In this document: piece by piece, positions 45,723 through 56,700 of the stretch
Position numbering within the stretch: the stretch's first letter is position 1
Layout: the number at the start of each line of letters is the position of its first letter
From: an uncultured virus (IMG/VR IMGVR_UViG_2687453414_000003)
Lineage: Duplodnaviria; Heunggongvirae; Uroviricota; Caudoviricetes
Reading direction: 5' to 3' (one strand)
Length of the DNA stretch: 64,000 nt
Virus record (IMG/VR): IMGVR_UViG_2687453414_000003
Translations under genes and position numbers: made by a program
Notes under the pieces: model-generated
The model's database searches: none
Seen by the model: only the letters and a program-made list of their open reading frames with translations
Told to the model about the DNA's origin: nothing

Positions 45723-47179
45723 GTTCTAATCTTATGGAGCTGCCATCGCGTTCGTTGACCTTGCCGTCGAGTATCGGTTCGTGTGATGTGGCTAAGTATA
45801 TTCACGATGTTGTTTGGCCTGCGTTTGATGGTGAGCGCGGGCGGTTGCAAGTGATTGATGCGTGGGCTGATGGCAATCAGCCTGACTATGCGCGTGTTGC
45901 GGCTAAGAGTCCGGAGAAGCGGGCGTTGTTCCGGCTGTCTAAGACTCCGTGGTTGCGGTTGGTGGTTACGACGTTTGCGCAGTGTCTTTATGTGTCGGGG
46001 TATCGGCGCGAGGGGGATCGGGAGAACGCGGCGGGTCCGTGGCAGACGTGGATCGCTAACGCTATGCCGCACCGGCAGATTGGTTTGCATCGGTCGGCGT
46101 TGACGTATGGGTATGCGTTTGCGATGGCTGAGCAGGGTACGGCGCTGGATGGCGCGAATCAGGCTGTGTTGACGGCTTATTCGCCGCGCCGGTTGTTCGC
46201 TTTGTATGAGGACACGGTTAATGATCCGTGGCCTAAGTATGCGTTGACGTTGCAGCCTGACGGTAAGACGGTCCGTTTTTGGACTGATCAGGTCTATTAC
46301 GAGCTGGATATGCCGTCGCCCAACGAGTTTCCGCGTCCTCCGCGTGTGGTGGAGCACAACACTGGGGTTTGTCCGGTGGTCCGCTACACGAACGTGATGG
46401 ATTTGGACGGTAAGACTCGGGGCGAGGTTGGTCCGCTGATTCCTGTGGCGACACGTATCGACAAGACCGAGCTGGATTTGCTTTATGCGCAGCATTACAA
46501 CTCTTTTAAGGTCAAGTACGCCACGGGTATCACGGATATGGCTGAGGCGACCGATGAAGAGGCAGAGGCGTTCAGGCGCAGGCTTGAGAATGACGACATC
46601 TTGGCGCACACGAGTCATGAGGCGAAGTTCGGGACGCTTGATGAGACGCCGTTGGATGGGTTTATTTCGTCTAAGCAGACGCATGTAGAGACGTTGGCCG
46701 CTATTGCGCAGTTGCCGTCTGATGTTTTGACCGGAAAGCTGGCGAACCTATCGGCTGAGGCTTTGGCGTCTGCGCGCGCTAACACAGAGGCGAAGCTAGC
46801 GGAGCGCAAGATGACTTTCGGGGCGTCGCATGCTCAATTGTTGCGTTTGTCTGCGCTTATCGAGGGCGATGCCGAGTCGGCTAATGACTTTACGGCTGAT
46901 GTGCGTTGGGTTGATACGAGTATTCGTTCGCTTGCTCAGGCTGTTGATGCTTGGGGTAAGGCAGCTCAGATGCTCGGTATGCCGCGTGAGGAGTTGTGGG
47001 AGTTCGTTCCGGGTGTCGATGAGGCGAAGTTGCAGCAGATGAAAGAGCACGCGATGGATAACGACGAGCTGACGAACATGCTTCGTTATTACGGCATGCA
47101 AGATCCGAATGCGCGGGCGGTGTCTGATCCGGCTGAGCGTAAGGGTGTTCCGGGGGCTCAGCCCGCGTTTGCGGCCTAG
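45719..47179 (+). CDS. Portal protein (SPP1 gp6-like)
   Basis: 486 aa after terminase; TPWLRLVV, CPVVRY, NLSAEAL. Confidence 0.9.
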   Translation: MSSNLMELPSRSLTLPSSIGSCDVAKYIHDVVWPAFDGERGRLQVIDAWADGNQPDYARVAAKSPEKRALFRLSKTPWLRLVVTTFAQCLYVSGYRREGDRENAAGPWQTWIANAMPHRQIGLHRSALTYGYAFAMAEQGTALDGANQAVLTAYSPRRLFALYEDTVNDPWPKYALTLQPDGKTVRFWTDQVYYELDMPSPNEFPRPPRVVEHNTGVCPVVRYTNVMDLDGKTRGEVGPLIPVATRIDKTELDLLYAQHYNSFKVKYATGITDMAEATDEEAEAFRRRLENDDILAHTSHEAKFGTLDETPLDGFISSKQTHVETLAAIAQLPSDVLTGKLANLSAEALASARANTEAKLAERKMTFGASHAQLLRLSALIEGDAESANDFTADVRWVDTSIRSLAQAVDAWGKAAQMLGMPREELWEFVPGVDEAKLQQMKEHAMDNDELTNMLRYYGMQDPNARAVSDPAERKGVPGAQPAFAA

Positions 47180-47199
47180 TTTTTACTCGGGGGGTATTT

Positions 47200-48294
47200 G
47201 TGGCTACACGGCAAGGGGAGGCGGCTGAGAATCGATTTGAGCCGCTTCCCGATCTGGCCGCGTTTTATGCGCAGCGACATATTCAGGATCAACAGAATGT
47301 GGCGGCTGCTACTGCTACCGGATTGGCGTTGTTGTGGCCGATTCTAAGTTACGGAAACCTAAGCCAGACGACGCCGGTTTGGGTTCATGCGACGACTCTT
47401 GAGATTGAGAAGCAATTCCGATTTTCAGAGGATTTGGCGTTTGAGTATGTGCAGGCCGCTAGGTGGTCTGTTAAGCCGGATGCACCGGCATTAGAGAAGA
47501 TCCCGACCGCGTTCCCAACAGAGGATGTCCAGTTGGCGATGCAGGTTACGGGGCCTTACGCAATCAAAGCGAAGGTTGGCGATGCGCCCCCAGAAGGGGT
47601 GGTTGTCGACGACGTGATGTCGCAGGCGCGCACCAACACGACGGGTGTTGGGGTCAAGCATGCGATGAACGGTGGCCGTGGCGAGGTTCAGCAGCAGATC
47701 AGGGCTGACTTTGAGCAGGCGGTGGTGGCTGAGAACACAGCCAAAAAGGCCGGCGCATCGGTTGCCGACTTGTCCGCGCGTCGGGCGGATCGGAAGGCCA
47801 TCGGCTATGCGCGGATGACGGATGATGATCCGTGTTATTTCTGCGCGATATTGGCGTCGCAGGGCGCTACCTATTTGAATGAACATTCGTTTGATCTATC
47901 AAATAGCAAGGTCCGCGATATTAAACGTAATGGACAGATTGTTGCTCACCGTCCGTTCGTTGGCGATGGTCCCGTTAAGGTGCATGACCATTGCCGCTGC
48001 CAGCTTAGGCCAGTTTATCGGAAAGCCGATGAGATGGATGAGCGCGCCAACTATTTCCTTGAGCAGTGGAAAAAGTTTGGTGTTGGCGGCAAGGGTGATG
48101 ATGGTGTTTATCGGAACGCTATGCAGAACTTTCGGCGTCACTATGTTGCGCCGCCACCTTATAAGGAGTCGCCAGCGGTTGATATCGCTGCGGTCCGCGC
48201 CAACCGGGAGGCGCTTATTTCTGCCGGGTTTGCAGTTGATTCGGCGAACGTTCGTTTTTATGACCGTTCGCTTTCTTTACTAGAAGCAGTCTAG
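47200..48294 (+). CDS. MuF-like minor capsid / head maturation protein
   Basis: YAR...CYFCAILASQG...HDHCRC. Confidence 0.8.
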   Translation: MATRQGEAAENRFEPLPDLAAFYAQRHIQDQQNVAAATATGLALLWPILSYGNLSQTTPVWVHATTLEIEKQFRFSEDLAFEYVQAARWSVKPDAPALEKIPTAFPTEDVQLAMQVTGPYAIKAKVGDAPPEGVVVDDVMSQARTNTTGVGVKHAMNGGRGEVQQQIRADFEQAVVAENTAKKAGASVADLSARRADRKAIGYARMTDDDPCYFCAILASQGATYLNEHSFDLSNSKVRDIKRNGQIVAHRPFVGDGPVKVHDHCRCQLRPVYRKADEMDERANYFLEQWKKFGVGGKGDDGVYRNAMQNFRRHYVAPPPYKESPAVDIAAVRANREALISAGFAVDSANVRFYDRSLSLLEAV

Positions 48295-48350
48295 GGGGGC
48301 GTTACGGCCGCGCTCGTTTATTGGCCGGGTTTTATGGGGGAATTTTTCTA

Positions 48351-48977
48351 ATGAGTGATCTTGATTTGACGACGCCAGAGGGCGGTGTGGCTGCGGCTGA
48401 GTCTGCGGCTGATAGTGCAGGTTCAGATGTCCGCGCGGGATCTGAAAGCGGCGCTAGCTCTGGCGGTGGTGAGTTTAAGGCCATCACGTCGCAAGAAGCT
48501 CTCGACGCTATTTTGACAAAGCGGTTGGAGCGTGCCGAGAAGGCTAGCTCTAAGAAGTATGGCGAGACGATCAAGTCTCTTGAGGACAAGATCGCTGCTT
48601 TCGAGACCGAGAAGCTTTCGGAGTCGGAGAAGCTACAGAAACGGCTAGAGGACGCGGAGAAGTTGGCGTCTGAGAGGGCCGGTGAACTGACCAAGTTGCA
48701 GCGTGAGCGCCAGGTGTTTGATCTTGCGCAGGAGCATGAGTTGCCGCGTGCGCTTTGGGATCGGGTTCGTGGGGACACGGATGAGGAAATTCTTGCCGAT
48801 ATTGAGGCTCTTAAGGGTGTTCTGCCCGGTAAGCCAGAGACCAAGGGCGGATTTCCGCAGGGGCCGACTCGTACGACTGTGACGCCTACGGGCGATGCAG
48901 CCGATCCGGGTGACCTGACTGCCGACGACATTTTGAAGTCGCTTTCTTATTCCGCGTTTCCGCAGTCGTCTTACTAA
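48351..48977 (+). CDS. Scaffolding protein
   Basis: Charged coiled coil; SQEALDAI..KRL; G.TDEEI.AD. Confidence 0.85.
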   Translation: MSDLDLTTPEGGVAAAESAADSAGSDVRAGSESGASSGGGEFKAITSQEALDAILTKRLERAEKASSKKYGETIKSLEDKIAAFETEKLSESEKLQKRLEDAEKLASERAGELTKLQRERQVFDLAQEHELPRALWDRVRGDTDEEILADIEALKGVLPGKPETKGGFPQGPTRTTVTPTGDAADPGDLTADDILKSLSYSAFPQSSY

Positions 48978-49014
48978 TTGTTGAACAACTAAATAAAGAA
49001 TCGGGGGGAGACTT

Positions 49015-50184
49015 TTGTCTCACATTTTTGTTAAGCCGTCGCTAGTGATTGAGACGGCTGTGAAGGTTCTGCGTCGGCAGATCGTTTTGCCTAATTACGT
49101 TCTTGCGAACGCTTTGGGCGATTTCGGGGGTTCTGCGAATGACACGATCAATGTGCGTGTCGGCGCGGTTATGGATTCGCGTACTCGTAAGTTCCGTGGC
49201 ACTGGCGCTGAGCGCAAGGTGGTTATGGATGATCTAACCGAGACCAGCTTCCCTGTCACGTTGGATGACGTTATCTATAACGCTGTCACGTTGACTGATG
49301 AGCAGTTGACGTTGGATATTAAAGATTTCATCGAGCAGGTTATTGTGCCTCAGGTCGGTGGTGTCGCTTACGGTATCGAGAATTACTTGTACAAGCTGAT
49401 TTCTTCGGCTCCGTATCAGGACACGCATTGGATTAATCCAGAAGACACGTTCCCGGCATTCGTGGATGCTCGGCGTGCTTTGAATGACGAGAATGTCGAA
49501 TACAACGACCGTGTGATGATCGTTGGTTCGGCTGTCGAGTCTGCGTTGCTGAAAGATCCGCAGTTCCGGCGTTACGACGCCACGGGTTCCGAGCAGGCCG
49601 ACGCCTTGCGTCAGGCTCACATCGGCAACGTGGCTGGTCTGCCGGTGTTGCGTTCTAACGCTTTGAAGCCCGATGAGGCTTTCGAGTGGCAGCGCAACGC
49701 GTTCATCTATATCAACCGTGCGCCTAAGAAGCCTTTCTCTACGGCTATCAACGCTTACGGCTCGTACGCGGCTTCTAACGCGGCGTTCCGTTGGCTGGCT
49801 GACTACGACTTCGACAACTTGGCTGACCGGTCGTTGCTCGATACGTATGTCGGTTCGCGCGTGGTTTTGGAGCGTGACGGACGTTTCGTGCGTGGCGTGC
49901 GTTTGCAGCTGGCGGCTACTGGCATTTCTATCCCTAACCAGGGATTGACGGTTACGGCTGCTGCGGGTCCGAACAACACCGCAAAGGTGAAGGTTCTGGA
50001 CTCGAACGGTGTTGACGTGACGGCTAAGTCAACGTTCAAGTCTGGCACCGAGGCTAAGGCTACGGTTGCGGCTGACGGAACGGTCACGGGTGTCGCTACC
50101 GGCACGTCGGTGATTACCGCTACCTACAACCCACCGCAGGGCGGGGCCGCTGTGACGGCCACCGTGACGGCGAACGTGGTCTAG
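49015..50184 (+). CDS. Major capsid protein with C-terminal Ig-like (Big_2) domain
   Basis: Position and size; ATVAADGTVTGVATGTSVITATY tail. Confidence 0.88.
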   Translation: MSHIFVKPSLVIETAVKVLRRQIVLPNYVLANALGDFGGSANDTINVRVGAVMDSRTRKFRGTGAERKVVMDDLTETSFPVTLDDVIYNAVTLTDEQLTLDIKDFIEQVIVPQVGGVAYGIENYLYKLISSAPYQDTHWINPEDTFPAFVDARRALNDENVEYNDRVMIVGSAVESALLKDPQFRRYDATGSEQADALRQAHIGNVAGLPVLRSNALKPDEAFEWQRNAFIYINRAPKKPFSTAINAYGSYAASNAAFRWLADYDFDNLADRSLLDTYVGSRVVLERDGRFVRGVRLQLAATGISIPNQGLTVTAAAGPNNTAKVKVLDSNGVDVTAKSTFKSGTEAKATVAADGTVTGVATGTSVITATYNPPQGGAAVTATVTANVV

Positions 50185-50194
50185 GGCGGTCGCT

Positions 50195-50671
50195 GTGGGT
50201 GCATTGGCGACTGTTGATGACCTACAGACCTTGATGGGTGTGACATTCACTCCAGAGCAGCGCGGCCAGGCCGAGTTTGTTCTGAGCATGGTGTCTGCAT
50301 GGGCGCGGGGGTATTCCGGTCAATCGTGGCCGGACCCCGCGTCCACACCCGAGGATGTGCACTGGGTGGTGTTGTCGGCCGCTAAGCGCGAGCTGCGCAA
50401 CCCTGACCGGGTGGTTTCTAAAGATAAGGGACCGTTTTCGGTTACTTACGATAAGCCGCCGGATGGGGCGTTCTTGCCGGCGGAGTTGGCGATTCTGCGG
50501 AGGTTCCGTGGCGGGGGTGGTCTGTTCACGGTGAAGTTCGGCAGGTCGGACACCACGGTTGATCCGTATGCGTTCGGTAAAGACGGGTTCCTAATCGACG
50601 GGGCGGGCGGCGACCCAATTCCCTACTACCGGCGCGATGAGCCTGGTTGGGAGGATTCGTACCATTTCTGA
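50195..50671 (+). CDS. Head-to-tail adaptor
   Basis: LATVDDL...R.LRNPD...GPFS. Confidence 0.8.
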   Translation: MGALATVDDLQTLMGVTFTPEQRGQAEFVLSMVSAWARGYSGQSWPDPASTPEDVHWVVLSAAKRELRNPDRVVSKDKGPFSVTYDKPPDGAFLPAELAILRRFRGGGGLFTVKFGRSDTTVDPYAFGKDGFLIDGAGGDPIPYYRRDEPGWEDSYHF

Positions 50672-50990
50672 GACTCTTACGGTTATCCGGGGTGGCTCGG
50701 ATAAGTACGGTAATCCGAACAAGCAGCCTCACGGCACTATTCAAGGTCTGATTGGTTGGGGGACGAGTCGCGGGGCTTTCTTCAAGGACTTGCGGGGCGA
50801 GTCCAACAAGATTAGTGCGACTTTGTTTGTGCGTAAGGGCACCGATGTTCAGGTTCGTGATCGCATTGTTCGGAAAAACGGTCAGAAGTTCATTGTCGGG
50901 CCGGTCATGTGGGATGAGCCGGAGCCTTTCGGCGGTGATCCTTTCCTGGATGAGGACGTGGTTCACCTGTTGGAATCGGATAACGGCTAA
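50637..50990 (+). CDS. Head-to-tail stopper
   Basis: DKYGNP...DV.VRDRI; position. Confidence 0.7.
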   Translation: MSLVGRIRTISETLTVIRGGSDKYGNPNKQPHGTIQGLIGWGTSRGAFFKDLRGESNKISATLFVRKGTDVQVRDRIVRKNGQKFIVGPVMWDEPEPFGGDPFLDEDVVHLLESDNG

Positions 50991-51002
50991 GGGGGTATCG
51001 CT

Positions 51003-51398
51003 GTGGCTGCTAAGACGGGGCCTGGTGGCGGTTATCTGCTCGATGACATCGACGTGCCTGCGTACAACGCGGGGGCTGCTAGGTGGATGAATACCTCTCC
51101 GGTGCTGGGGGGCTACTTGGCGCATATCGGTGAGGAGGTGGTGCGGTTGTATGCGGCGAAAGTTGCTAAGCGCACTGGTGATTTGTCGAGGTCTGGTGAG
51201 GTTCGGGTGTTGCCGGATGGCGGGCATAAGAAGGACCGTCAGGTTGCGATTGTGACTGTTGGTGGTCTTTTGGCCGCTAAGACTTGGAAGGGTGCACCGT
51301 TCTATTACGGGGTTCTGCACAACTTCGGTTCTCCTACTAAGGAGCAGTTCCAGGCGCATAACGATCTGCGGGAAGCGGTGCTTGCACTGCGAATGTAA
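51003..51398 (+). CDS. Neck protein (HK97 gp10-like)
   Basis: KRTGDL..S...Y..LHNFG. Confidence 0.65.
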   Translation: MAAKTGPGGGYLLDDIDVPAYNAGAARWMNTSPVLGGYLAHIGEEVVRLYAAKVAKRTGDLSRSGEVRVLPDGGHKKDRQVAIVTVGGLLAAKTWKGAPFYYGVLHNFGSPTKEQFQAHNDLREAVLALRM

Positions 51399-51410
51399 TT
51401 AGGGGGTTGC

Positions 51411-51887
51411 ATGGTCACACTCCCAGGGTGGTTCAAAAGCAATTTCGTGAACGTCGAGAATTTGATGATCGATATTTTCACGAAAGTGTTTCCCGATATT
51501 GAGTCGGGGTGTTGGACTCCGGAAGACTGGCTTGATCAGGTGCAGCCTGATCCTGTGTTGAAGTTCTTTCGCATGCCGGGCGGTCGGGTTGATTGGCAGC
51601 GCGGTTTCGATGAGTGCTTTATCCAAGCTACGGCGGTCACTAATTCACGCGATGAGTCGTGGGACGTGATGTCGGTTGTGCGAGCGGTACTTCTGCCTAT
51701 GCAGGGGTACAAATTCACAATGGCCGATGGTTTCACGGCCCAGATTCACACGGTTGAAGAGGTGTTGGGGCCGCAATTGTTGATGCCTAATCAGCAGTTG
51801 GATACCCGCGTAGTTAATTGCCAGTTCAGGGTAAGTGTTGGTTTGCGTTCGCGCGATAACTATTTGAGGGAAGTCGCTGCCCTCTGA
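51411..51887 (+). CDS. Tail terminator
   Basis: Position before major tail; R.PGG motif. Confidence 0.7.
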   Translation: MVTLPGWFKSNFVNVENLMIDIFTKVFPDIESGCWTPEDWLDQVQPDPVLKFFRMPGGRVDWQRGFDECFIQATAVTNSRDESWDVMSVVRAVLLPMQGYKFTMADGFTAQIHTVEEVLGPQLLMPNQQLDTRVVNCQFRVSVGLRSRDNYLREVAAL

Positions 51888-51929
51888 TTTAGCGACATTC
51901 ATAACTGAATACAGAAAGAACAACTAAAT

Positions 51930-52826
51930 ATGGATTTTTACACGTTGAAGGATGCGCAGGCAGATCTTGCGATTGCGCCTCTTAATTTGACGGTGTTCCT
52001 TGCTCCGTATTCGGTGACTCCGGCTTTGACGTTGGAAGATCCCACGGACGGCTCGTTGTCTATTCCTGCTGGTTACAAGTCTGTGGGCCATTTCGAGAAG
52101 AAGGCCGGTCTTACGCTTGGTAACGAGTTCGATTCCAAGGATATTGAGGCGTTCGGTGAGCCGGACCCGATTCGGTCGATTATTTCGAAGCGTACGACGA
52201 CGTTTGATTTCTCGATGTTCCAGAATCAGCGCAATGTTCTTGAGTTGATTTGGACCGAGGACTTCTCAGATGTCACGCCTTCGCCGTTTGGTGGCATTGT
52301 TCTTGAGGCTCCTAAGGTGCCTAAGAACATCTACTACCGGGCGATTTTGTGCGGTTTGGATGACCGGAACAATGAGGAGCTTTGGACCTACTGGCTGTTG
52401 CCTAAGGTGAAGTTGGACAAGCTGGATAACCAGACGCTTAATGACGACAACGTTATTGAGTACAAGCCTACGTTGAAGGCCTTCCGTGATGACACGGTTG
52501 GTTATTCGGTGGCTCAGGGGTTCGCAGGGCCGGGTTGGCGTTCGATCATCGATAAGGCTGGTTTCGCGGCTTCGTTGACGGCGCTTGAGGTTTCGCCGCC
52601 TACGCCGTCTGTCACGGTTGCTTCGGGTGCGTCGCACACGGTGCAGCTGGTTGTGCAGGGTGATAACGGGATCAACTACACGCCGGATTGCAAGTTTAAG
52701 TCGTCTGCGCCTGATAAGGCGTCTGTTTCGGCTTCGGGCTTGGTGACGGGTGTTGCGGCTGGTACGGCGAGCATTACGGCGACTAAGGGAGCTAAGTCGG
52801 CTTCGGTGACCGTAACGGTTACTTAG
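51930..52826 (+). CDS. Major tail protein with C-terminal Ig-like domain
   Basis: GFAGPGW motif; Big_2-like tail. Confidence 0.88.
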   Translation: MDFYTLKDAQADLAIAPLNLTVFLAPYSVTPALTLEDPTDGSLSIPAGYKSVGHFEKKAGLTLGNEFDSKDIEAFGEPDPIRSIISKRTTTFDFSMFQNQRNVLELIWTEDFSDVTPSPFGGIVLEAPKVPKNIYYRAILCGLDDRNNEELWTYWLLPKVKLDKLDNQTLNDDNVIEYKPTLKAFRDDTVGYSVAQGFAGPGWRSIIDKAGFAASLTALEVSPPTPSVTVASGASHTVQLVVQGDNGINYTPDCKFKSSAPDKASVSASGLVTGVAAGTASITATKGAKSASVTVTVT

Positions 52827-52914
52827 GCGAGGGAATAGGGGGAGTGGCCTAGTCGGGTTGCTCCCCCTATTTCTTTTCTACACATTGATACACTTTTATA
52901 GGGGGAAACTAGTA

Positions 52915-53235
52915 ATGAGTGCACAGGGGATTTCTGGCCGCGACCTGAAGGTTGTTGAGGACGCTGTTAGCGATTTCTTCGCTGAGTTGGTTGAGTCGGT
53001 GCGGGTTCCGGAGCCTTTGAAGGTTACGAATAAGATCACGCTTAAGTGCCCGACCAAAAAGCAGGTGTCTGACCTTTTGAAGGCGACAACCGAGGAAGAG
53101 GCTCAGAAAATCATCTTTGGCTCGGCATATGCAGAGGCTATGAAGCTGTTCGATAACCGGCCTGTTCAGCTGTGGAACAAGTTTATGGAGAAGTACAATT
53201 CGCACTTCTTCGGGGACAGCGATAAGGGAAAATAG
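52915..53235 (+). CDS. Tail assembly chaperone (G)
   Basis: Position; ends at the GGGAAAA slippery site. Confidence 0.85.
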   Translation: MSAQGISGRDLKVVEDAVSDFFAELVESVRVPEPLKVTNKITLKCPTKKQVSDLLKATTEEEAQKIIFGSAYAEAMKLFDNRPVQLWNKFMEKYNSHFFGDSDKGK

Positions 53236-53744
53236 GCACGGTCGCTGAGTTGGTCGGTAGGTATTGGCGCGCGATTGAGTGGGATTTTCAACACTTGCTC
53301 GGCGTCAATGCCTTGGACTACTTCGCGGCCCCGTGTCGGTGCGCCCAGTGCCGTACCAGTGTCACTGACTATGCGTCTCGCAGGGACTGGGATCAGTTCA
53401 TCCGGTTCTACGAGACCTGCAATGGCAAGCGTGGGTCGTACTGCCAGGCTGCGGCGTTGACAGACCCGCAGGTGATCGACTTGCAGGCGTCGGCTCCGGA
53501 ATCTGATTGGGAGCCTGGTCCACCACCGCTGTTCGGGTGGTCTGCGGAGATTGACGCGTTGACCAATATTGCTGACCAACTGATTGCGTCGAGGTCGGCG
53601 GGCGCTCCGGACGTCAAGTACTACCCGCGTCCTGTTATCCCTGCCGAGAAGGAACGTAAGAGGCGTAAGGCGGATAAGCAGGAAACCGGTCTTGAGGCGG
53701 CTATAGAGCGCGGCCTTAGAGCAGCCGAATTGAATTACAAATGA
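53226..53744 (+). CDS. Tail assembly chaperone -1 frameshift extension (GT)
   Basis: G GGA AAA at 53226-53232; -1 frame open to 53744. Confidence 0.85.
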   Translation, partial: GKIGTVAELVGRYWRAIEWDFQHLLGVNALDYFAAPCRCAQCRTSVTDYASRRDWDQFIRFYETCNGKRGSYCQAAALTDPQVIDLQASAPESDWEPGPPPLFGWSAEIDALTNIADQLIASRSAGAPDVKYYPRPVIPAEKERKRRKADKQETGLEAAIERGLRAAELNYK

Positions 53745-53781
53745 TCTTTTTATAACTGAATATTGAATATAGGGGGCTGTT

Positions 53782-56700
53782 GTGGCGGCTGAATTTGTTG
53801 CTGCGCAGGCATCGGTTCACATCGTTCCTTCGTTGAAGGATTTCCGCAGTCGATTGCGGGCTCAATTGGCGACAGTTGAGCAGTCAGTCAGTGTCGAGGT
53901 TAAGGCGCAGACGGCGAAGGCTCTTGCCGAGATTAAGGCGGCGAAAGAGCTTGCGGAGCGTGACCCGATTGATTTGCAGGTAAAGCTTAGGTTCGACGCT
54001 AAAAAGCCGCTAACTGAGATTCGGCATATTTATCAGGATCTTAAGGCGGACATGCTTAAGGGTCTCAAGCTGAACATCATGGTTGCGGGTGCTACGCAAC
54101 TAAGTCAGCTTGGGGTGGCTTTGGCAGCCCTAAATACATCTGTTGTGGAACTGGGGCAGTCGGCCCTGTTGCTTCCGGGCATCTTTTCTGGCGTCGCGTC
54201 CAGTGTCGGCGCTTTGGCGGTGGGTACCCGTGGAGTCACCGACGCATTTAAGGCGTATTCGAATGCGCAGAAGGATTCGGCGGATGCGGCGCGCCAGCAG
54301 GTGCAGGCGAACCGGAACGTGGCTGATGCGACGTTGCAGCTGGATAGGGCCGTTAAGGACGCCAAGCGCAACTTGGAGGATCTGAACTCGCAGTTGCGCG
54401 ATGCGCCTCTTGATGAGGCCGAGGCGGTGCTGAACGTTCAGGAGGCCCGCCAGGAGGCGGCCAAGACCTTCGGCAAGTCGGCGTTGCAGATGCAGCGGGA
54501 CAACCTCAATGTCCAAAAGTCTGAGGCTCGGCTTGCGGAGACGCGGCGACGGAATGCGCGGCTGATCGATGATGTGGCCGAGGCCAACGCTAAGGGCGTC
54601 CGGAACAGTGACAACGTTGTGGCAGCGCTTAACAGGCTGTCCACTGCTTCGGAAGAGGCCGGGGAATCTTCTGGGGCGCTTAAGGAATGGCAAGACGCGA
54701 TGGGGCGTCTGTCTCCGGAGGCCCGCAATTTCGTGACTCAGCTGACCTCGATGTCTGGGCAGTGGGATGTGTTGCGGCAGAGCGTCCAGGATGGCTTGTT
54801 CGCAGGGCTCGGTGACGATGTGCGCCAGCTTGGCGAGGTCGGACTGCCGGTGCTTAACCGTGGACTGACTTCTATTGCGTCGGGTATCAATTCGAACCTC
54901 AAGACTGCGATTGCGTCGCTTCGACAGGGCAGCAATTTGTCGATGATCGAATCCGTCTTCGGTAGCACTGCGGACGCGCAGCGGCGACTCGATGGCGCGA
55001 TCAATCCCATGGTGGACGCGTTTTTGCGGTTGTCCACGGTTGGTGCTTCGCATCTGCCGAGGTTGGCGACTGCGTTTGGCGATGTCATGCGCCGGTTCGA
55101 CACGTTCATTAAGCGGGCGTCTGCTGATGGATCGTTGGATCGTTGGATTTCGCGTGGGGAGAAGTCTCTTAAGGATCTTGGCAACTCGCTGATCAACATC
55201 GGTTCGATCATGAACACGATCAGCGACATTTTCGTTGGATCTAACGGTAAGGGCCTGTTGGCTAGCTTGGAGTCTGGAACTAAGCGGCTATCGGATTATC
55301 TGAAAACCGTTGAGGGACACAATAAGGTCCGGCAGTTCTTCCTGGATGCGCGCGCTGAGTTTGAGCGGTGGAAGCCGGTCCTTAGTGACGTGTGGGCCAT
55401 TATCAGGAACGTCAAAGACGGTGTAATGGCCTGGGGCGGAACGGTGCTGCCGGTTCTGCGCACTGTGTCTCAGTTGTTGGCCGGTGTGCCTGGCTTGGCT
55501 GCCGCGATCACCTACGCGATCCTCGGCTGGCGGACACTTTCTCCGGTATTCCAAGGTGTGAATAAGGCCCTTGGCCTGATTGACATGGACTTCCGAAATG
55601 TTGTGAAGTCTGTTGGCGAGGGCAAGGGCTTCACTGGGAAGCTGCGGGTGCTAGCGAATGTGCTTGGCACGGGCGGTGCTTTGGCTGTCGCATCGGTGGC
55701 GGCGGGTGGGATTCTGTACACGCTGGCCGACAAGCAGGACATGGCCGCTACCAAGGCTAGTCGTCACGCAGATGAGATTCGGCGGTTGCGGTCTGAGCTG
55801 AATAACCTTACCGGCGAGCTGACGAATCAGGGCTTGATTGACAAGCTAAACGCTTTGGGTGAGTACAAACCCGAGTCGGGTTGGCGTGGTGAATCGATAG
55901 ACATTCCCAAGCAGGCCGAGAAGGTCGGTATCGACCGAAACAAGCTGGGGCAGATCCTTACTCCGCGACAGGAGGCGGCGCGCAACGCTGAGCTTGGCCG
56001 TCTGGACAAGATTACCGAGGGTGCGCTTACTGGGACGGACTACTGGAAAAAGAACCATGAAGCTTTCGAGAAGGTCGGCATTAGTTCCGATGTTCTTGCT
56101 AGGGCTTTGGGTGGCGATCAGCAGGCCATTGACAAGTTCAATGCGGCGTTCGCGGCCGGTCAAATTCCAGGTGGCGGGCCAGCTTCGCTGCATCCGGACT
56201 CGTACACGCTGGCTGATATTCAGCAGGGCGCGAACCGCATGGGTAAGCGAGTGTTGCCAGGCTTGGGCGACCAGGCCCAGTCTGCCTCTCAGGTGGCCGG
56301 CGCGGTACGTAGCAATGTCGCTGGTTCTAATGAGGTGTCTAACGACATCCGTAAGAACAACGCGGCTGCCGGTGGCGGTGAGGTAACTCTTAAGCCAGAC
56401 AATCCGTTCCGTGGCTTGAATGTTGATAAGGCTTACCGTGATCCGGTCAGGGGTGGCGGCGCGGTTGTGTTAAACACTCCGTTCGCTCAGTTGCCGGAGC
56501 AACTTGTCAAAGATGTTGAGGCTAACAGTGGCACGGTAGAGCCGCTGGATGGCGGTCTGCGGTCACAGGTCACGATGAATAGGGATCGCTTCGAGCTGTA
56601 TGCGGGCGGTAAACCCTTTGGCCCCTACGTTGGTGCGCACAAGGCTGGCGGATTCTTGTCGGGGCCTGGTACGGGCACCTCGGATTCAATGTTGGCTCGC

